Below, one piece after another: positions 44,916 through 54,661 of a DNA stretch of 64,000 bases. Both the position numbers and the translations under genes were made by a program. Each line of letters begins with the position of its first letter. Position 1 is the stretch's first letter. The notes under the pieces are model-generated. The model was not told the DNA's origin. It was given only the letters and a program-made list of their open reading frames with translations, and ran no database searches. Source of the DNA: a virus. The DNA lies in the IMG/VR virus record IMGVR_UViG_3300031111_000010, positions 17,177 to 81,176 of that record; one strand, given 5' to 3'.

Positions 44916-45446
44916 TTACTGGTTGATTACTTCGGACTCAACCTTACCTTTCGGACCAAGAACAAAGCTCATGTAAGCATCGTTCATATATCCACGAACA
45001 AAGATTTTCTTTCCAAGTTTGCTAACAGAATCAATATTTTCTGTAACTGCCAGCAGATGATTGTATGCTTTCCACTGTGAAGGAGTGAACTCACTTTTGG
45101 ACATCTTGTAGTCACCATACCGATCTTTAACTACGATAAACTCATCATTTTCATCCCACTCGACTTCATCAAAACCGATACCAGCTACCATGATCAGCGT
45201 ACCATCTTCCATCTCCATCAGGTCACCAACACTGGTAGACCGACTTTCCTCTACCTTATAGACACCATCATTTTCCCACCATGCGGTATCGATGTGATTG
45301 GTTTTCTGAAAGGCAACACCAAGATCGTTTCCAACGACTTCAGCTACCAGTTTATAATTGGATTTAACAGGCTTGTAAGTACCCTTTTCGGCAAAGTGAA
45401 GATTGCTGTTAATAGCCCAATTGGTAGTGTGATAAACTTTGATCAT
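44916..45446 (-). CDS. hypothetical early protein (YodL-like RSxSVGD motif)
   Basis: RSTSVGDL; likely start MIKVY with AAGGAG. Confidence 0.7.
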   Translation of the reverse strand: MIKVYHTTNWAINSNLHFAEKGTYKPVKSNYKLVAEVVGNDLGVAFQKTNHIDTAWWENDGVYKVEESRSTSVGDLMEMEDGTLIMVAGIGFDEVEWDENDEFIVVKDRYGDYKMSKSEFTPSQWKAYNHLLAVTENIDSVSKLGKKIFVRGYMNDAYMSFVLGPKGKVESEVINQ

Positions 45447-45499
45447 TTTGGTTTCTCCTTGGTTTATGGTCGCTTTCGTTTTCATTTGCCTATATATAA

Positions 45500-45515
45500 T
45501 GCAGACCGTGTGCCA
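45500..45515 (-). promoter_or_regulatory. sigma54 promoter
   Basis: TGGCACACGGTCTGCA, near-identical to 17103-17118. Confidence 0.75.
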
Positions 45516-45621
45516 AGATTGAAAAAAATCATAAAAAAATATAAGTAGTTGGATTATAAAGAAAAAAACCCAATAGGGATCAAATGACCCCCATTAGGCT
45601 TTTCGTATTTTAGGGAATTTG

Positions 45622-45657
45622 TGACAATTTTTGTCAAACATATGACAATTTTTGTCA
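45622..45657. promoter_or_regulatory. tandem palindromic activator (UAS-like) sites
   Basis: TGACAATTTTTGTCA x2, starts 21 bp apart. Confidence 0.75.
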
Positions 45658-47169
45658 TAAGTCTATTTCAATATTCGAATCAATCTCTTTAGACTTATTT
45701 GCTACATACTTAAATTTCATCTTGTTTTTAATGGTTTCCAGATTACATTTTTCACCCCACAAAAACTGAATATGTTCAAGGGTTTTTTGTGCATACTCAG
45801 GATCAAGATCAGCACCAATATGTTCATGTTTGAGTAACAATTCACCCTGTTTGTGATAATTACCATCCATAACGAACACTTTTGGAATACCACTATGTGC
45901 AAAACTTCTAATAATAATTTGGCAGATTTCTTTTGCTGTATTATCTGTGATTACTACTTCTTCCATAAAAACATTGGATTGAATTGCATACATATATAAA
46001 TCCAATTTTCTAACCAGTTTTGGAGTTAAGAAGTTATGCATAAACATCCAATCATTACTTGTACGGAGAACTTTAAACATCTTCTCCATACCCTTCATAG
46101 ATTTATCATCGTAGTTCATCTTTAAATCATGGTCGGTAGTTTCATCATAATCTTTACCATGTTGACCTTTATTCCAACGATCTACAATATCTTCCCACAT
46201 TTCACATCCTATCAAATAGGGATTCATGCTGAAAGGATTTTTTGATTTAACAAGAGAATTGCTATAGTTACATTCAGCATGTTCAGTAGCTGTAAGCAAT
46301 CCTTCCCGAAATAACTGCCTGAGAATTCTTTCATGCCAGAAGGTAGCAAATCCTTCATTCATATATTTGGTTTTGATATTCGGCCAAACATACTGACCCC
46401 ATGCTCTGATAATTTCAAGAATATCTTTTTGCCATGTTGAAAGGTTTCGGGAATGATCAATAACATACCTGATTAAATCTTCAGTAGGTTCAACAGGAGT
46501 TTTATTCTTCAAAGCAACATACAGAGCATTGTTGTATCTTTCCCTTTCCATATCGGCCTGAGAATCATCTTCAAATAAATCCATGAATTCAGTAACAGAT
46601 TTATCATGTTTCTTCTGTTTCTTCTGTTCAAATATACGTTCTATTTTTTCATCTTCAGTTTCTTGACTTAACCAAGGATTTGAATGAAGCATAATTGAAT
46701 GACCAGCATCAATAGTAGATTCAACCAAATCGATACCATACTTATTAATATAATCCTCAATTCGATTGGATGCATTGCTTAATCTACTAGCAATGTTCTC
46801 ATCATTCTCAACATGATACTGATTCATATTGAAGAAAGCAACATGACCTACAACGTGAGCAATAATCAATGCCTGTAGAGCAATTGTATTATCTTTCATT
46901 AGATATGCTCTTGCAGGATTGGTATTGACTACTACTTCATAAGGTAGACCAGCACCTATTTTCTCATAGATAGTTCGTTGTTTTTCATAATCCCTTCCGA
47001 ATTTCCATGATCGAATCTGACCCGGAATTCCATATGCCATTATCTCAAACATCTTTTCAGCAGGAATGACATCGAATTCAATATCACAGAATTCCAGACC
47101 ATTTTCTTTTGCAATTTCATAAATACGCTGTTCTATTTTTTGTAGTCTTTTTAATTCACTATTTTGCAT
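45655..47169 (-). CDS. spoVR: SpoVR/YcgB family protein
   Basis: WKFGRDY, YEVVVNTNP.RAYLMKDN, AHVVGH, TKYMNEGFATFWH, NPYLIG. Confidence 0.95.
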   Translation of the reverse strand: MQNSELKRLQKIEQRIYEIAKENGLEFCDIEFDVIPAEKMFEIMAYGIPGQIRSWKFGRDYEKQRTIYEKIGAGLPYEVVVNTNPARAYLMKDNTIALQALIIAHVVGHVAFFNMNQYHVENDENIASRLSNASNRIEDYINKYGIDLVESTIDAGHSIMLHSNPWLSQETEDEKIERIFEQKKQKKHDKSVTEFMDLFEDDSQADMERERYNNALYVALKNKTPVEPTEDLIRYVIDHSRNLSTWQKDILEIIRAWGQYVWPNIKTKYMNEGFATFWHERILRQLFREGLLTATEHAECNYSNSLVKSKNPFSMNPYLIGCEMWEDIVDRWNKGQHGKDYDETTDHDLKMNYDDKSMKGMEKMFKVLRTSNDWMFMHNFLTPKLVRKLDLYMYAIQSNVFMEEVVITDNTAKEICQIIIRSFAHSGIPKVFVMDGNYHKQGELLLKHEHIGADLDPEYAQKTLEHIQFLWGEKCNLETIKNKMKFKYVANKSKEIDSNIEIDL

Positions 47170-48514
47170 CGGTTTCCTCTCTTTCTGGATGGTGTAAACT
47201 CAACATGTGCTGAAGACAAGGCCAAATATGACTTTTATCTTTAATAACTGACAATAAGAAATGTAAATCATTATTGATCCAAAACTTACCTTCCTTACTC
47301 AAAGTAGATTCCTGAAATTTCCAATTCTTTAGACACTCAGGAAGTAGAGTAGAGAAACCATACTCATACTGTATATCACTATCACCAAACAAATCGTGAT
47401 ATGGTTTAATCTCAACATAAGAAAGCATATTGATTTTTTTAGCAACCATATCTTCCATTGATGATACTGCTTCCTTTGGTTCCCAATCTTCACCATCAGA
47501 GCAGTATACAGCATAAATGTTCCATTCATCAAGTGGATATTCAGTATCAATGATATAGTTGGCTTTATCAAATGCAGACTTAGCAACTGTACCACCTGTT
47601 TCACCACCATAGAAGAAAGTATTTTCATCTACTTCTAATGCACGATCAGTATGTTGGATAAATCGAATTTCAACTGCTTCATACTGCTTACGGAGAAAAT
47701 TAATCATCCAAAACAATAGACTTTTGACAAGATATTTTTTATCGGGAGTCATTGAACCTGATACATCCATCATAGCAAATACTACTGCCTTTGAACAAAT
47801 CTCTTTTTCTTCTTCGATCTGTTTGTATCGTAAATCATCATCATGAATGAGGAAACCAGTAGGTTCATTACCATTTAATTCACCATCCACTATGATACGA
47901 ACAGCTTCTTCAATATCACCTTTGCCTTGCTGTAATGCTTTACAGGCATCTTCATATGAACAATCTGTTTGTTCCATTACTTCTCTAACAAACATGATGT
48001 TACGCTTTGCTGCTTCTCTCATAGTACGTTTTTTATGAATCCTTGCAAACGTACCTTTTTTGGAGATGGATTCAAACTTCCATCCTTTGGGTATTTCAAT
48101 GGAGTTTTTCTTTTTCGGATCAAGCCAAGGTAAACCTAAATCTTCCATCATTACATCAATCAACTGATCAATATCAATTTCAACTTCCATATCACCAGCA
48201 CCATGACCTTGACCAGCACCTTGACCTTGATCACCACCTTGTTTTGGTCTTCTACCAATAACATCACCAGCTTGACCATCACCTTGACCAATACCACCAC
48301 CACCTTTACCGGGAGTAGCATGGATAAAACGATAGTCTTTTAATCCCTTTACTGGTACTCTGACTTTCTTTTTACCTTCTTGGGTAATGATATTCTCAGT
48401 ACCAATGACATCTCTTACATTTTTTCGGATAGCTTCATCTATTTTCTCTTGATGTCTTTTGGCATCAGTAACCCCTTTTTTGGTATCCCATGTTTCATGA
48501 TATACAATTGTCAT
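47159..48514 (-). CDS. yeaH: YeaH/YhbH (DUF444) vWA protein
   Basis: DAKRHQEKI, Gly-rich tract, DDLRY, MMDVSGSM, ETGGT, SDGEDW. Confidence 0.93.
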   Translation of the reverse strand: MTIVYHETWDTKKGVTDAKRHQEKIDEAIRKNVRDVIGTENIITQEGKKKVRVPVKGLKDYRFIHATPGKGGGGIGQGDGQAGDVIGRRPKQGGDQGQGAGQGHGAGDMEVEIDIDQLIDVMMEDLGLPWLDPKKKNSIEIPKGWKFESISKKGTFARIHKKRTMREAAKRNIMFVREVMEQTDCSYEDACKALQQGKGDIEEAVRIIVDGELNGNEPTGFLIHDDDLRYKQIEEEKEICSKAVVFAMMDVSGSMTPDKKYLVKSLLFWMINFLRKQYEAVEIRFIQHTDRALEVDENTFFYGGETGGTVAKSAFDKANYIIDTEYPLDEWNIYAVYCSDGEDWEPKEAVSSMEDMVAKKINMLSYVEIKPYHDLFGDSDIQYEYGFSTLLPECLKNWKFQESTLSKEGKFWINNDLHFLLSVIKDKSHIWPCLQHMLSLHHPEREETDAK

Positions 48515-48535
48515 AAGTTAGTCCTTTATATTTTA

Positions 48536-48611
48536 TGGTGGATGGGAAGGGATTCGAACCCTCAACCTCTGCCTTGCAAGGGCATTGCTCTCCCGTTGAG
48601 CTACCGCACCC
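48536..48611 (-). tRNA. tRNA-Ala(UGC)
   Basis: G3-U70 pair, CT-TGC-AA loop, GGTTCGAATCC, encoded ACCA; one C-C mismatch in acceptor stem. Confidence 0.88.
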
Positions 48612-48625
48612 ACATTCAACTTATA

Positions 48626-50608
48626 TTATGATTCTCTCCGCAAAATCTCACCGACGAACCCAAGGATAGCAGAGGCGCAATGTTTACAGTACCCCTTCTT
48701 CTCCAAGGTTCTCAATGCACGACTTCTTCTCGCTTTAACCTTAGAATCAGTAGAAACCGTATTGGCAATCGAAAGCTGAACAACATTCTTAAGATCATTC
48801 ATCAGCTTTTTCTCAATTGCATCTTTCAAGGGTTTATATGTATCCCACTTCCATTCCTTACCATCTTCCAAGGTATCTGACTTATAAACATAAACACCTT
48901 TTCGGAATTCACGTTTGGATTCCATGGGTACAGGGATTAGTTCTTCTACTGCTCTCATGATCTTTTCATCAGGATCACGATATTCACCAGTGATATCATC
49001 GAATACTGTTTCTTCTTTACAGAAGGCTTTACAGTTAATATCATATCGATTGAACAGTTCATTTGCCTGATCTTCAAAGGCATGGATAAAGGCTTTGCTA
49101 ACTTCTCTTTTAGCAAATTCCTTGTATTCCGAAACAACTGAATCTTCTTTCGAAATGAGAAGTTGCATATACTTCTCTTTATCCTTTTCATTACCACCCA
49201 TATGATGCTCAAAGTTATCCCTTAAAGCACGAATCATATCAAGAGCAGTAATACATCCTTTGTATCTTTCATCACCAGTTTCGACGTTATCTTTCTGACC
49301 AAGTGCAATGTTGATAGCATTGGTGATAAATCGTGGTGATATACCTGTCATACATTCACCGTTTTCTCGACCTTCTTGCCGAATCAGTTTGATGTCTTTG
49401 TCTTTACCCTTTGAGAACTCATCAAGGAACTCATTGTTGTAAAGTTTCATCTTCTGAATCGGATTGATTTTCTTAGAAGGATACAAACGAGTCAGAATTG
49501 CAAACTGAGCAGCAACTTCCAGAGCACCCGGAGAAATATGGATATCAGAGAACTCAGATTCTGCAATCAACTTCTGATAGATTTTAATTTCATCAGCAAT
49601 GGTATCATTCCATGGCACCTTGACATAATACATACGGTCATGGAGTGCTTCATTTGCTGGATCATTTCTGAACTTGTCGAATTCAGTCTGGTTAGTATGA
49701 CTGAGAATCAACTCATCCAAATACATCTGAGGAAATCCCGGTGTTTTGATAACCTGTTCCTGTGCAAGAGTAATCAACACATGATGGAACTTGATATCAG
49801 CTTTGAGAATTTCGATATACTCAATGACCCCACGGTTAGCTACTTGAAGCTCACCATCAAACTGATATGCTCTTGGATCACTTTCCGAATACATATGCAG
49901 TTTAGCCATATTTACTCTACCAATCAACTCAGTAATATCTTGAGATTTAGGATCAGAAGGAGTAAATGTACCAATGGAAGTTCTACGCTGTTCGGATATT
50001 TTAACCAGTTCCACAGGAAATTCATGCCAACGGGCAAAACCATCTTTGTCGGTAAATTCGCTGTCAAGACGCAACTGGCATACAGGACATAACTCACCTT
50101 CGATTTTTACACCCAACTTCTTATTCCACTCATCACGAAACTGTTGTGGAATTGCATGGAGTGGGTCTTCATGGATAGGACAACCTTGGATAGCAAACAA
50201 AGGAGTATCATCCATTTCCAGACCACGTTTGATTAATGCAGCAATGGTGGACTTACCACCAGAAACCGGACCCATCAACATCAGGATACGTTTACCTGTT
50301 TCGGTTCTCCTTGCTGCTGCCTTGAGGAACTTCATCATATCATGAATCGGTTCGTAGCTACCAAAGATTTTACCATCAAAGAACTTGTATCTTACCAAGT
50401 CTTCATAGCCTTTGGTTTTACGGTTTTCTGGAACAGGTTCAGTTCCATGTTTCATGATCATATTGTAAATTCTGGCAGGAGCAAGTGTAGAAATCTCAGG
50501 ATGAGCAATTACCTCATTCATGTATTCTATCAACTGACCTTCCCATTTAGTAGGACCAACCTGTTCCTGTTGTGATAGCATTAATTCCCTAAAATCTTCA
50601 TTCATCAT
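48626..50608 (-). CDS. prkA: PrkA/YeaG AAA+ serine kinase/ATPase
   Basis: GPVSGGKST, CPIHEDPL, GELCPVC, DPRAYQFDGELQVANRG, NEALHDR, GISPRF, GYCKHCA. Confidence 0.96.
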   Translation of the reverse strand: MMNEDFRELMLSQQEQVGPTKWEGQLIEYMNEVIAHPEISTLAPARIYNMIMKHGTEPVPENRKTKGYEDLVRYKFFDGKIFGSYEPIHDMMKFLKAAARRTETGKRILMLMGPVSGGKSTIAALIKRGLEMDDTPLFAIQGCPIHEDPLHAIPQQFRDEWNKKLGVKIEGELCPVCQLRLDSEFTDKDGFARWHEFPVELVKISEQRRTSIGTFTPSDPKSQDITELIGRVNMAKLHMYSESDPRAYQFDGELQVANRGVIEYIEILKADIKFHHVLITLAQEQVIKTPGFPQMYLDELILSHTNQTEFDKFRNDPANEALHDRMYYVKVPWNDTIADEIKIYQKLIAESEFSDIHISPGALEVAAQFAILTRLYPSKKINPIQKMKLYNNEFLDEFSKGKDKDIKLIRQEGRENGECMTGISPRFITNAINIALGQKDNVETGDERYKGCITALDMIRALRDNFEHHMGGNEKDKEKYMQLLISKEDSVVSEYKEFAKREVSKAFIHAFEDQANELFNRYDINCKAFCKEETVFDDITGEYRDPDEKIMRAVEELIPVPMESKREFRKGVYVYKSDTLEDGKEWKWDTYKPLKDAIEKKLMNDLKNVVQLSIANTVSTDSKVKARRSRALRTLEKKGYCKHCASAILGFVGEILRRES

Positions 50609-50624
50609 AACATTTTTCCTTTCA

Positions 50625-51149
50625 TTAGTTGTTGGTTTGTACTTCTTCTACTTCTTCTACTTCTTCTACTTCTTCTACTTCATCACTCTGACCAATTCTT
50701 CTTAAAGACCCATCTTGGATGGATTTTAAAATATCTTCTCTGGACGCAATCAAAACATTAGTTGTACCGTTTGTTGGTCCTCTTACCACCTTTGCTTCTC
50801 TAATAGCAAGTTCTTTTTCCTTTAATAATACTAATGCTTTTCTCACATCCATATATTCAGTTTGATTTTTATCTGTAAGTATCTCCTTTGATGCTTGTGT
50901 TACAGAATTTATAACCGTACCTGCTACTTCTGCTAACCTTGCTGTAAAATTACCGTTATTCATTTCATGTTGAATCTTCTCTAATAATTGATTAGCATTA
51001 TAGATGTTCTTTCTCAAAGCATCTATGGCATCGTTATAATCTATTTCTGTATCAAAGTCAACCTTTTTTTCTTCAGCTTCATTATCAATCCTGTTTGTAT
51101 CTGAAAAAATTTCATCTAAACCTCTTAAATCTAACTCATTATTTGGCAT
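50625..51149 (-). CDS. terminase small subunit-like (gp16-like)
   Basis: ARLAEVAGTVINSV ... TTNVLIASREDILK pattern; likely start MPNNE (AGGAGG). Confidence 0.6.
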   Translation of the reverse strand: MPNNELDLRGLDEIFSDTNRIDNEAEEKKVDFDTEIDYNDAIDALRKNIYNANQLLEKIQHEMNNGNFTARLAEVAGTVINSVTQASKEILTDKNQTEYMDVRKALVLLKEKELAIREAKVVRGPTNGTTNVLIASREDILKSIQDGSLRRIGQSDEVEEVEEVEEVEEVQTNN

Positions 51150-51288
51150 ATCTGTTAATCCTCCTAATAAATATAACTGTCTACAGATATTTATCAAGGC
51201 TTATATAAAAAAAATTTAAAAAAGTCAAGAAAAAAGGTCACCTTTTTTTTAAGTTTATGTTATAATGCCTTTTATTTAAGGAGAGTCT

Positions 51289-52248
51289 ATGAATATATTG
51301 GTTACAGGAGCATGTGGTTTAGTAGGTTCACATTTATGTGATTTGTTGTTATCTCAAGGACATACAGTGTTTGGCCTTGATAATTTATTGAATGGTAAGA
51401 TCGAAAATCTACCTAAAGGAGTAGATTTCATTAAACATGATGTTGAAATACCACTTTGTGGTAATCCATTTTTAGGTGTTGATATTGATAGGATATATCA
51501 TTTGGCTTGTCCTGCTTCACCAGTACATTATCAACGTACACCTATTAAGACAATGTTATCATCGATCATGGGAACATATAATATGCTTGAATTGGCATAT
51601 GCTAATAATGCCAGATTTCTTTATACTTCCAGTTCAGAAGTGTATGGAAACACAAAGAACCAACCCATATCCGAATTACAGTTAGGAGAAGATATAGATA
51701 CATTAGCAGATCGATCTTGTTATGTAGAAGGTAAACGGGCATCGGAAACTCTAATATGGAATTATATCAAAGAGAAAGAATTGGATGTGAGAATTGCAAG
51801 GTTGTTTAATATCTTTGGTCCAAGGATGGCAAAAGATGATGGTAGAGTAATAGCAAGTTTTATGTATGAACGTCCTATTCATATTCATGGTAAAGGAGAA
51901 CAGAAACGATCTTTTACTTATGTTACAGATTGTGTTGAAGGATTGAATAGATTGATGGAATATGATAATCCCCATAAACCCATTAATATCGGTAATCCTA
52001 ATGGTTATATTAGTATTAAGAAGTTAGCTATGATAATGTTTGAATTAATGGAAGAAGAACTTGTTGAAGGAATGGATGAATTTTGTGAGGATTGTACAGT
52101 AGTTCATACAGCAGATAGGTCAGACTCAGAAGTATTTCAGCGTATGCCTGATATTTCAGAAGCTATCTATTATTTAAAATGGAGTCCTAAAGTTCCTATT
52201 ATAGAAGGACTTGAAATGACAATAAAGGAGATGAAGAATGACGATTAG
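51289..52248 (+). CDS. NAD-dependent epimerase/dehydratase, UDP-glucuronate decarboxylase-like
   Basis: GACGLVG, IYHLACPASPVHY, SSSEVYG, RSCYVEGKR, ARLFNIFGPRM..DDGRV; TG-TATAAT promoter upstream. Confidence 0.9.
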   Translation: MNILVTGACGLVGSHLCDLLLSQGHTVFGLDNLLNGKIENLPKGVDFIKHDVEIPLCGNPFLGVDIDRIYHLACPASPVHYQRTPIKTMLSSIMGTYNMLELAYANNARFLYTSSSEVYGNTKNQPISELQLGEDIDTLADRSCYVEGKRASETLIWNYIKEKELDVRIARLFNIFGPRMAKDDGRVIASFMYERPIHIHGKGEQKRSFTYVTDCVEGLNRLMEYDNPHKPINIGNPNGYISIKKLAMIMFELMEEELVEGMDEFCEDCTVVHTADRSDSEVFQRMPDISEAIYYLKWSPKVPIIEGLEMTIKEMKNDD

Positions 52249-52726
52249 TTGGGATGAGTATTTTATGACAATGGCATATCTGGCAGCAATGAGAAGTAAA
52301 GATGAATCAACTCATTGTGGTGCTGTGATTGTAGATGAAGTTAATAATGTGGTTGCTACTGGTTATAACTCATTTGTAAGAGGAATAGATGATAACAATC
52401 CAGATAGACAAAAAAGACCAGAAAAATATTTATGGTTTGAACATGGAGAAAGAAACGCTATTTATTCTGCTGCCATGAGAGGATGTAAACTTAATGGATG
52501 TAAAATATATGTTACTGGTATTCCTTGTGCTGATTGTGCAAGAGGAATAATTCAAGTTGGTATTAAGGAAGTCATTGTTGAAAAAAGAGAAAGTTTTGGT
52601 GAAGAATGGAATGATAGTATGAAGGTAACAATGAAAATGTTTGAAGAAGCTGGAATTAAATTTAGATTGACAGATGTAAAATTTATTAGAGAGATATATG
52701 AGTTTACAAGGGGAGAAAAGCTGTAA
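52238..52726 (+). CDS. dCMP deaminase
   Basis: SWDEYFM, RSKD, GYN, HGERNA, PCADC. Confidence 0.93.
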   Translation: MTISWDEYFMTMAYLAAMRSKDESTHCGAVIVDEVNNVVATGYNSFVRGIDDNNPDRQKRPEKYLWFEHGERNAIYSAAMRGCKLNGCKIYVTGIPCADCARGIIQVGIKEVIVEKRESFGEEWNDSMKVTMKMFEEAGIKFRLTDVKFIREIYEFTRGEKL

Positions 52727-53100
52727 TGGTAATATGGATAACTGGAAAATCATCAGCAGGTAAAACAGTATATGCCAAACGATTTAAAAGATTATTCGAA
52801 TCAATGGGAGAAAAGGTTTTACTTTTGGATTCTGATGTGGTAAGGGATCAAGTAGACAATCAAGGATATACTGATGAAAGTAGAGAAAAACACATAATGG
52901 ATATTGCAGATTATGCTGCTATTGCTGAGAGACAAGGATTCTTGGTTATAATAGCAATAATATCACCTAAGAAAGAATGGCGAATGAAAGCAAGAAAGAA
53001 GTTTGAGAAGTCTATGCTCATATACATGCCTGATGGTAAGTTATGGGAAGGAACAGAATATGAAGAACCAGACCATGAAGAAATGATGGTGGAAGGATAA
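52726..53100 (+). CDS. cysC: adenylylsulfate kinase-like P-loop kinase (short)
   Basis: VIWITGKSSAGKT, LLDSDVVR, IISP, YEEP. Confidence 0.75.
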   Translation: MVIWITGKSSAGKTVYAKRFKRLFESMGEKVLLLDSDVVRDQVDNQGYTDESREKHIMDIADYAAIAERQGFLVIIAIISPKKEWRMKARKKFEKSMLIYMPDGKLWEGTEYEEPDHEEMMVEG

Positions 53101-53105
53101 AATAT

Positions 53106-53477
53106 ATGGCAGAAAAGTTTTCTAATGTAGATAAAGATCAACGCAGAGCAATTGAAGAAGAACTTGAAAGTAAATCTCAATCACTTGGTATGGATAGTTA
53201 TGAATCATATGGAAGTGATGCACAAACTGGAATGAAAGAATTAGTTGGTATGTGTTATAACTGTAAGAATCTTAATTATTGTAAAACTGAATTTGGTACT
53301 GTTCATGCTGTTTGTGCTATGTTTGAATTTAAACTGAGTGGTAGAAATAGAATTACTGAATGTAATCTTCACTCACCCAAAAACGTACTATCTCTTAATG
53401 AAATGTACTCTATTGCATATCTTATTGATCCAGATACAAATAAAAAAGTTAAAGGGTTTGTAGGAGATAAGAAATGA
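53106..53477 (+). CDS. Cys-containing hypothetical protein
   Basis: CYNC; GAAGGA RBS. Confidence 0.7.
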   Translation: MAEKFSNVDKDQRRAIEEELESKSQSLGMDSYESYGSDAQTGMKELVGMCYNCKNLNYCKTEFGTVHAVCAMFEFKLSGRNRITECNLHSPKNVLSLNEMYSIAYLIDPDTNKKVKGFVGDKK

Positions 53478-53636
53478 AATATACAAATAAAAAAACAGGA
53501 AAAGAATATAACAGAGTAGGTAATGTTTTAAATGCTACCAATGCTAATGATGGTGAAGTAATGGTTTTATATGAAAGAAAAGGTAATTTTTATGTTAGAG
53601 AAGTAGATGAATTTTATGAGAAGTTTGAAATAACAA

Positions 53637-53655
53637 GGGGGGATTAAACCCCCCC
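53637..53655. terminator. GC stem-loop between convergent genes
   Basis: G6-ATTAAA-C7. Confidence 0.5.
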
Positions 53656-53664
53656 ATTCACTAT

Positions 53665-53805
53665 TTAGTCTGTTGGCCCGACTTGAGTAGTATCTTCTAT
53701 TTCTGTTGCTGCTTGATTATCAAAATGACTATCGATATATAAAGCACCAAGTCCAAGTAGAATAGCTACTAACAAGGCAATAGCCCATCCTTTCTTACCT
53801 TTCAT
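53665..53805 (-). CDS. small membrane protein
   Basis: [20 protein letters not shown]; AAGGAGG RBS; late promoter at 53826. Confidence 0.7.
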   Translation of the reverse strand: MKGKKGWAIALLVAILLGLGALYIDSHFDNQAATEIEDTTQVGPTD

Positions 53806-53892
53806 AATAATATCCTCCTTATCTATATTTATATTTTTAAATTTATTTTTTACTTGACAAAGCCTGTGTCTTATGATACGGGCTTTGTTATT

Positions 53893-54360
53893 ATGATAAA
53901 TCAAAGATTTGGAAAACTAACTGTGGTAAGAGAGAACGGCAAGGCACCTAACAGATGTATCATATATGAATGTCTGTGTGATTGTGGTGAGCTATATAAT
54001 GTTCGTGGAGATATGCTAAGAAACGGCTCAATGTATCAATGTAAGAAATGCCGTTATGAGAATAGCAAGCTAACCAAACATGGGCAAAGAAAAGCAAACG
54101 ATACCTCTCCTACTTATGAATCATGGAAGGGTATGAGAAACAGATGTCTCAATCCTAAAAACTATGATTATAAGAACTATGGTGGTAGAGGAATTATGGT
54201 CTGTGAACGATGGACTGTGTTTGAAAACTTTTTTGCTGATATGGGTGAACGTCCCGAAGGAATGACATTAGATCGTATAGATAATGACGGTCATTATGAA
54301 CCATCAAATTGTAAGTGGTCTACCTATAAAGAACAAGCCAATAATAGGAGAGAAAGATGA
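53893..54360 (+). CDS. HNH-family endonuclease
   Basis: [44 protein letters not shown]. Confidence 0.88.
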   Translation: MINQRFGKLTVVRENGKAPNRCIIYECLCDCGELYNVRGDMLRNGSMYQCKKCRYENSKLTKHGQRKANDTSPTYESWKGMRNRCLNPKNYDYKNYGGRGIMVCERWTVFENFFADMGERPEGMTLDRIDNDGHYEPSNCKWSTYKEQANNRRER

Positions 54361-54623
54361 TAAAAATAATATCAAAAAAGAGATATCAAAAAATTCTCAA
54401 ATTGGAACATGATAGATATTTCGAAGACCAAGATAATACAGTAGAAGCATATAAACTTTTATCATTCTGTTATGATATTATAAAAGATAATGAGAAATAT
54501 AAAGAACATTGGATAAAAAGACATATCAATAGATGGCTTGTGGATAATTTTGTAATAGGGTTGATTCATAAAGAGAATGAAAAAAAATTACAAGAAAGAA
54601 TAAAAAAAGGGAAGTGGTCATAA
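54357..54623 (+). CDS. hypothetical protein
   Basis: ATGA-coupled to HNH gene. Confidence 0.55.
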   Translation: MIKIISKKRYQKILKLEHDRYFEDQDNTVEAYKLLSFCYDIIKDNEKYKEHWIKRHINRWLVDNFVIGLIHKENEKKLQERIKKGKWS

Positions 54624-54661
54624 CTCCACTCCCCTTTTATATCTTTCAATCTACTCGCTAA

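Noticed and set aside
44637-45080. Track ORFs 44637..45080(+) and 44648..44887(-)
   Set aside because: Replaced by 44643..44822(-), which has a strong RBS and upstream TTGACA
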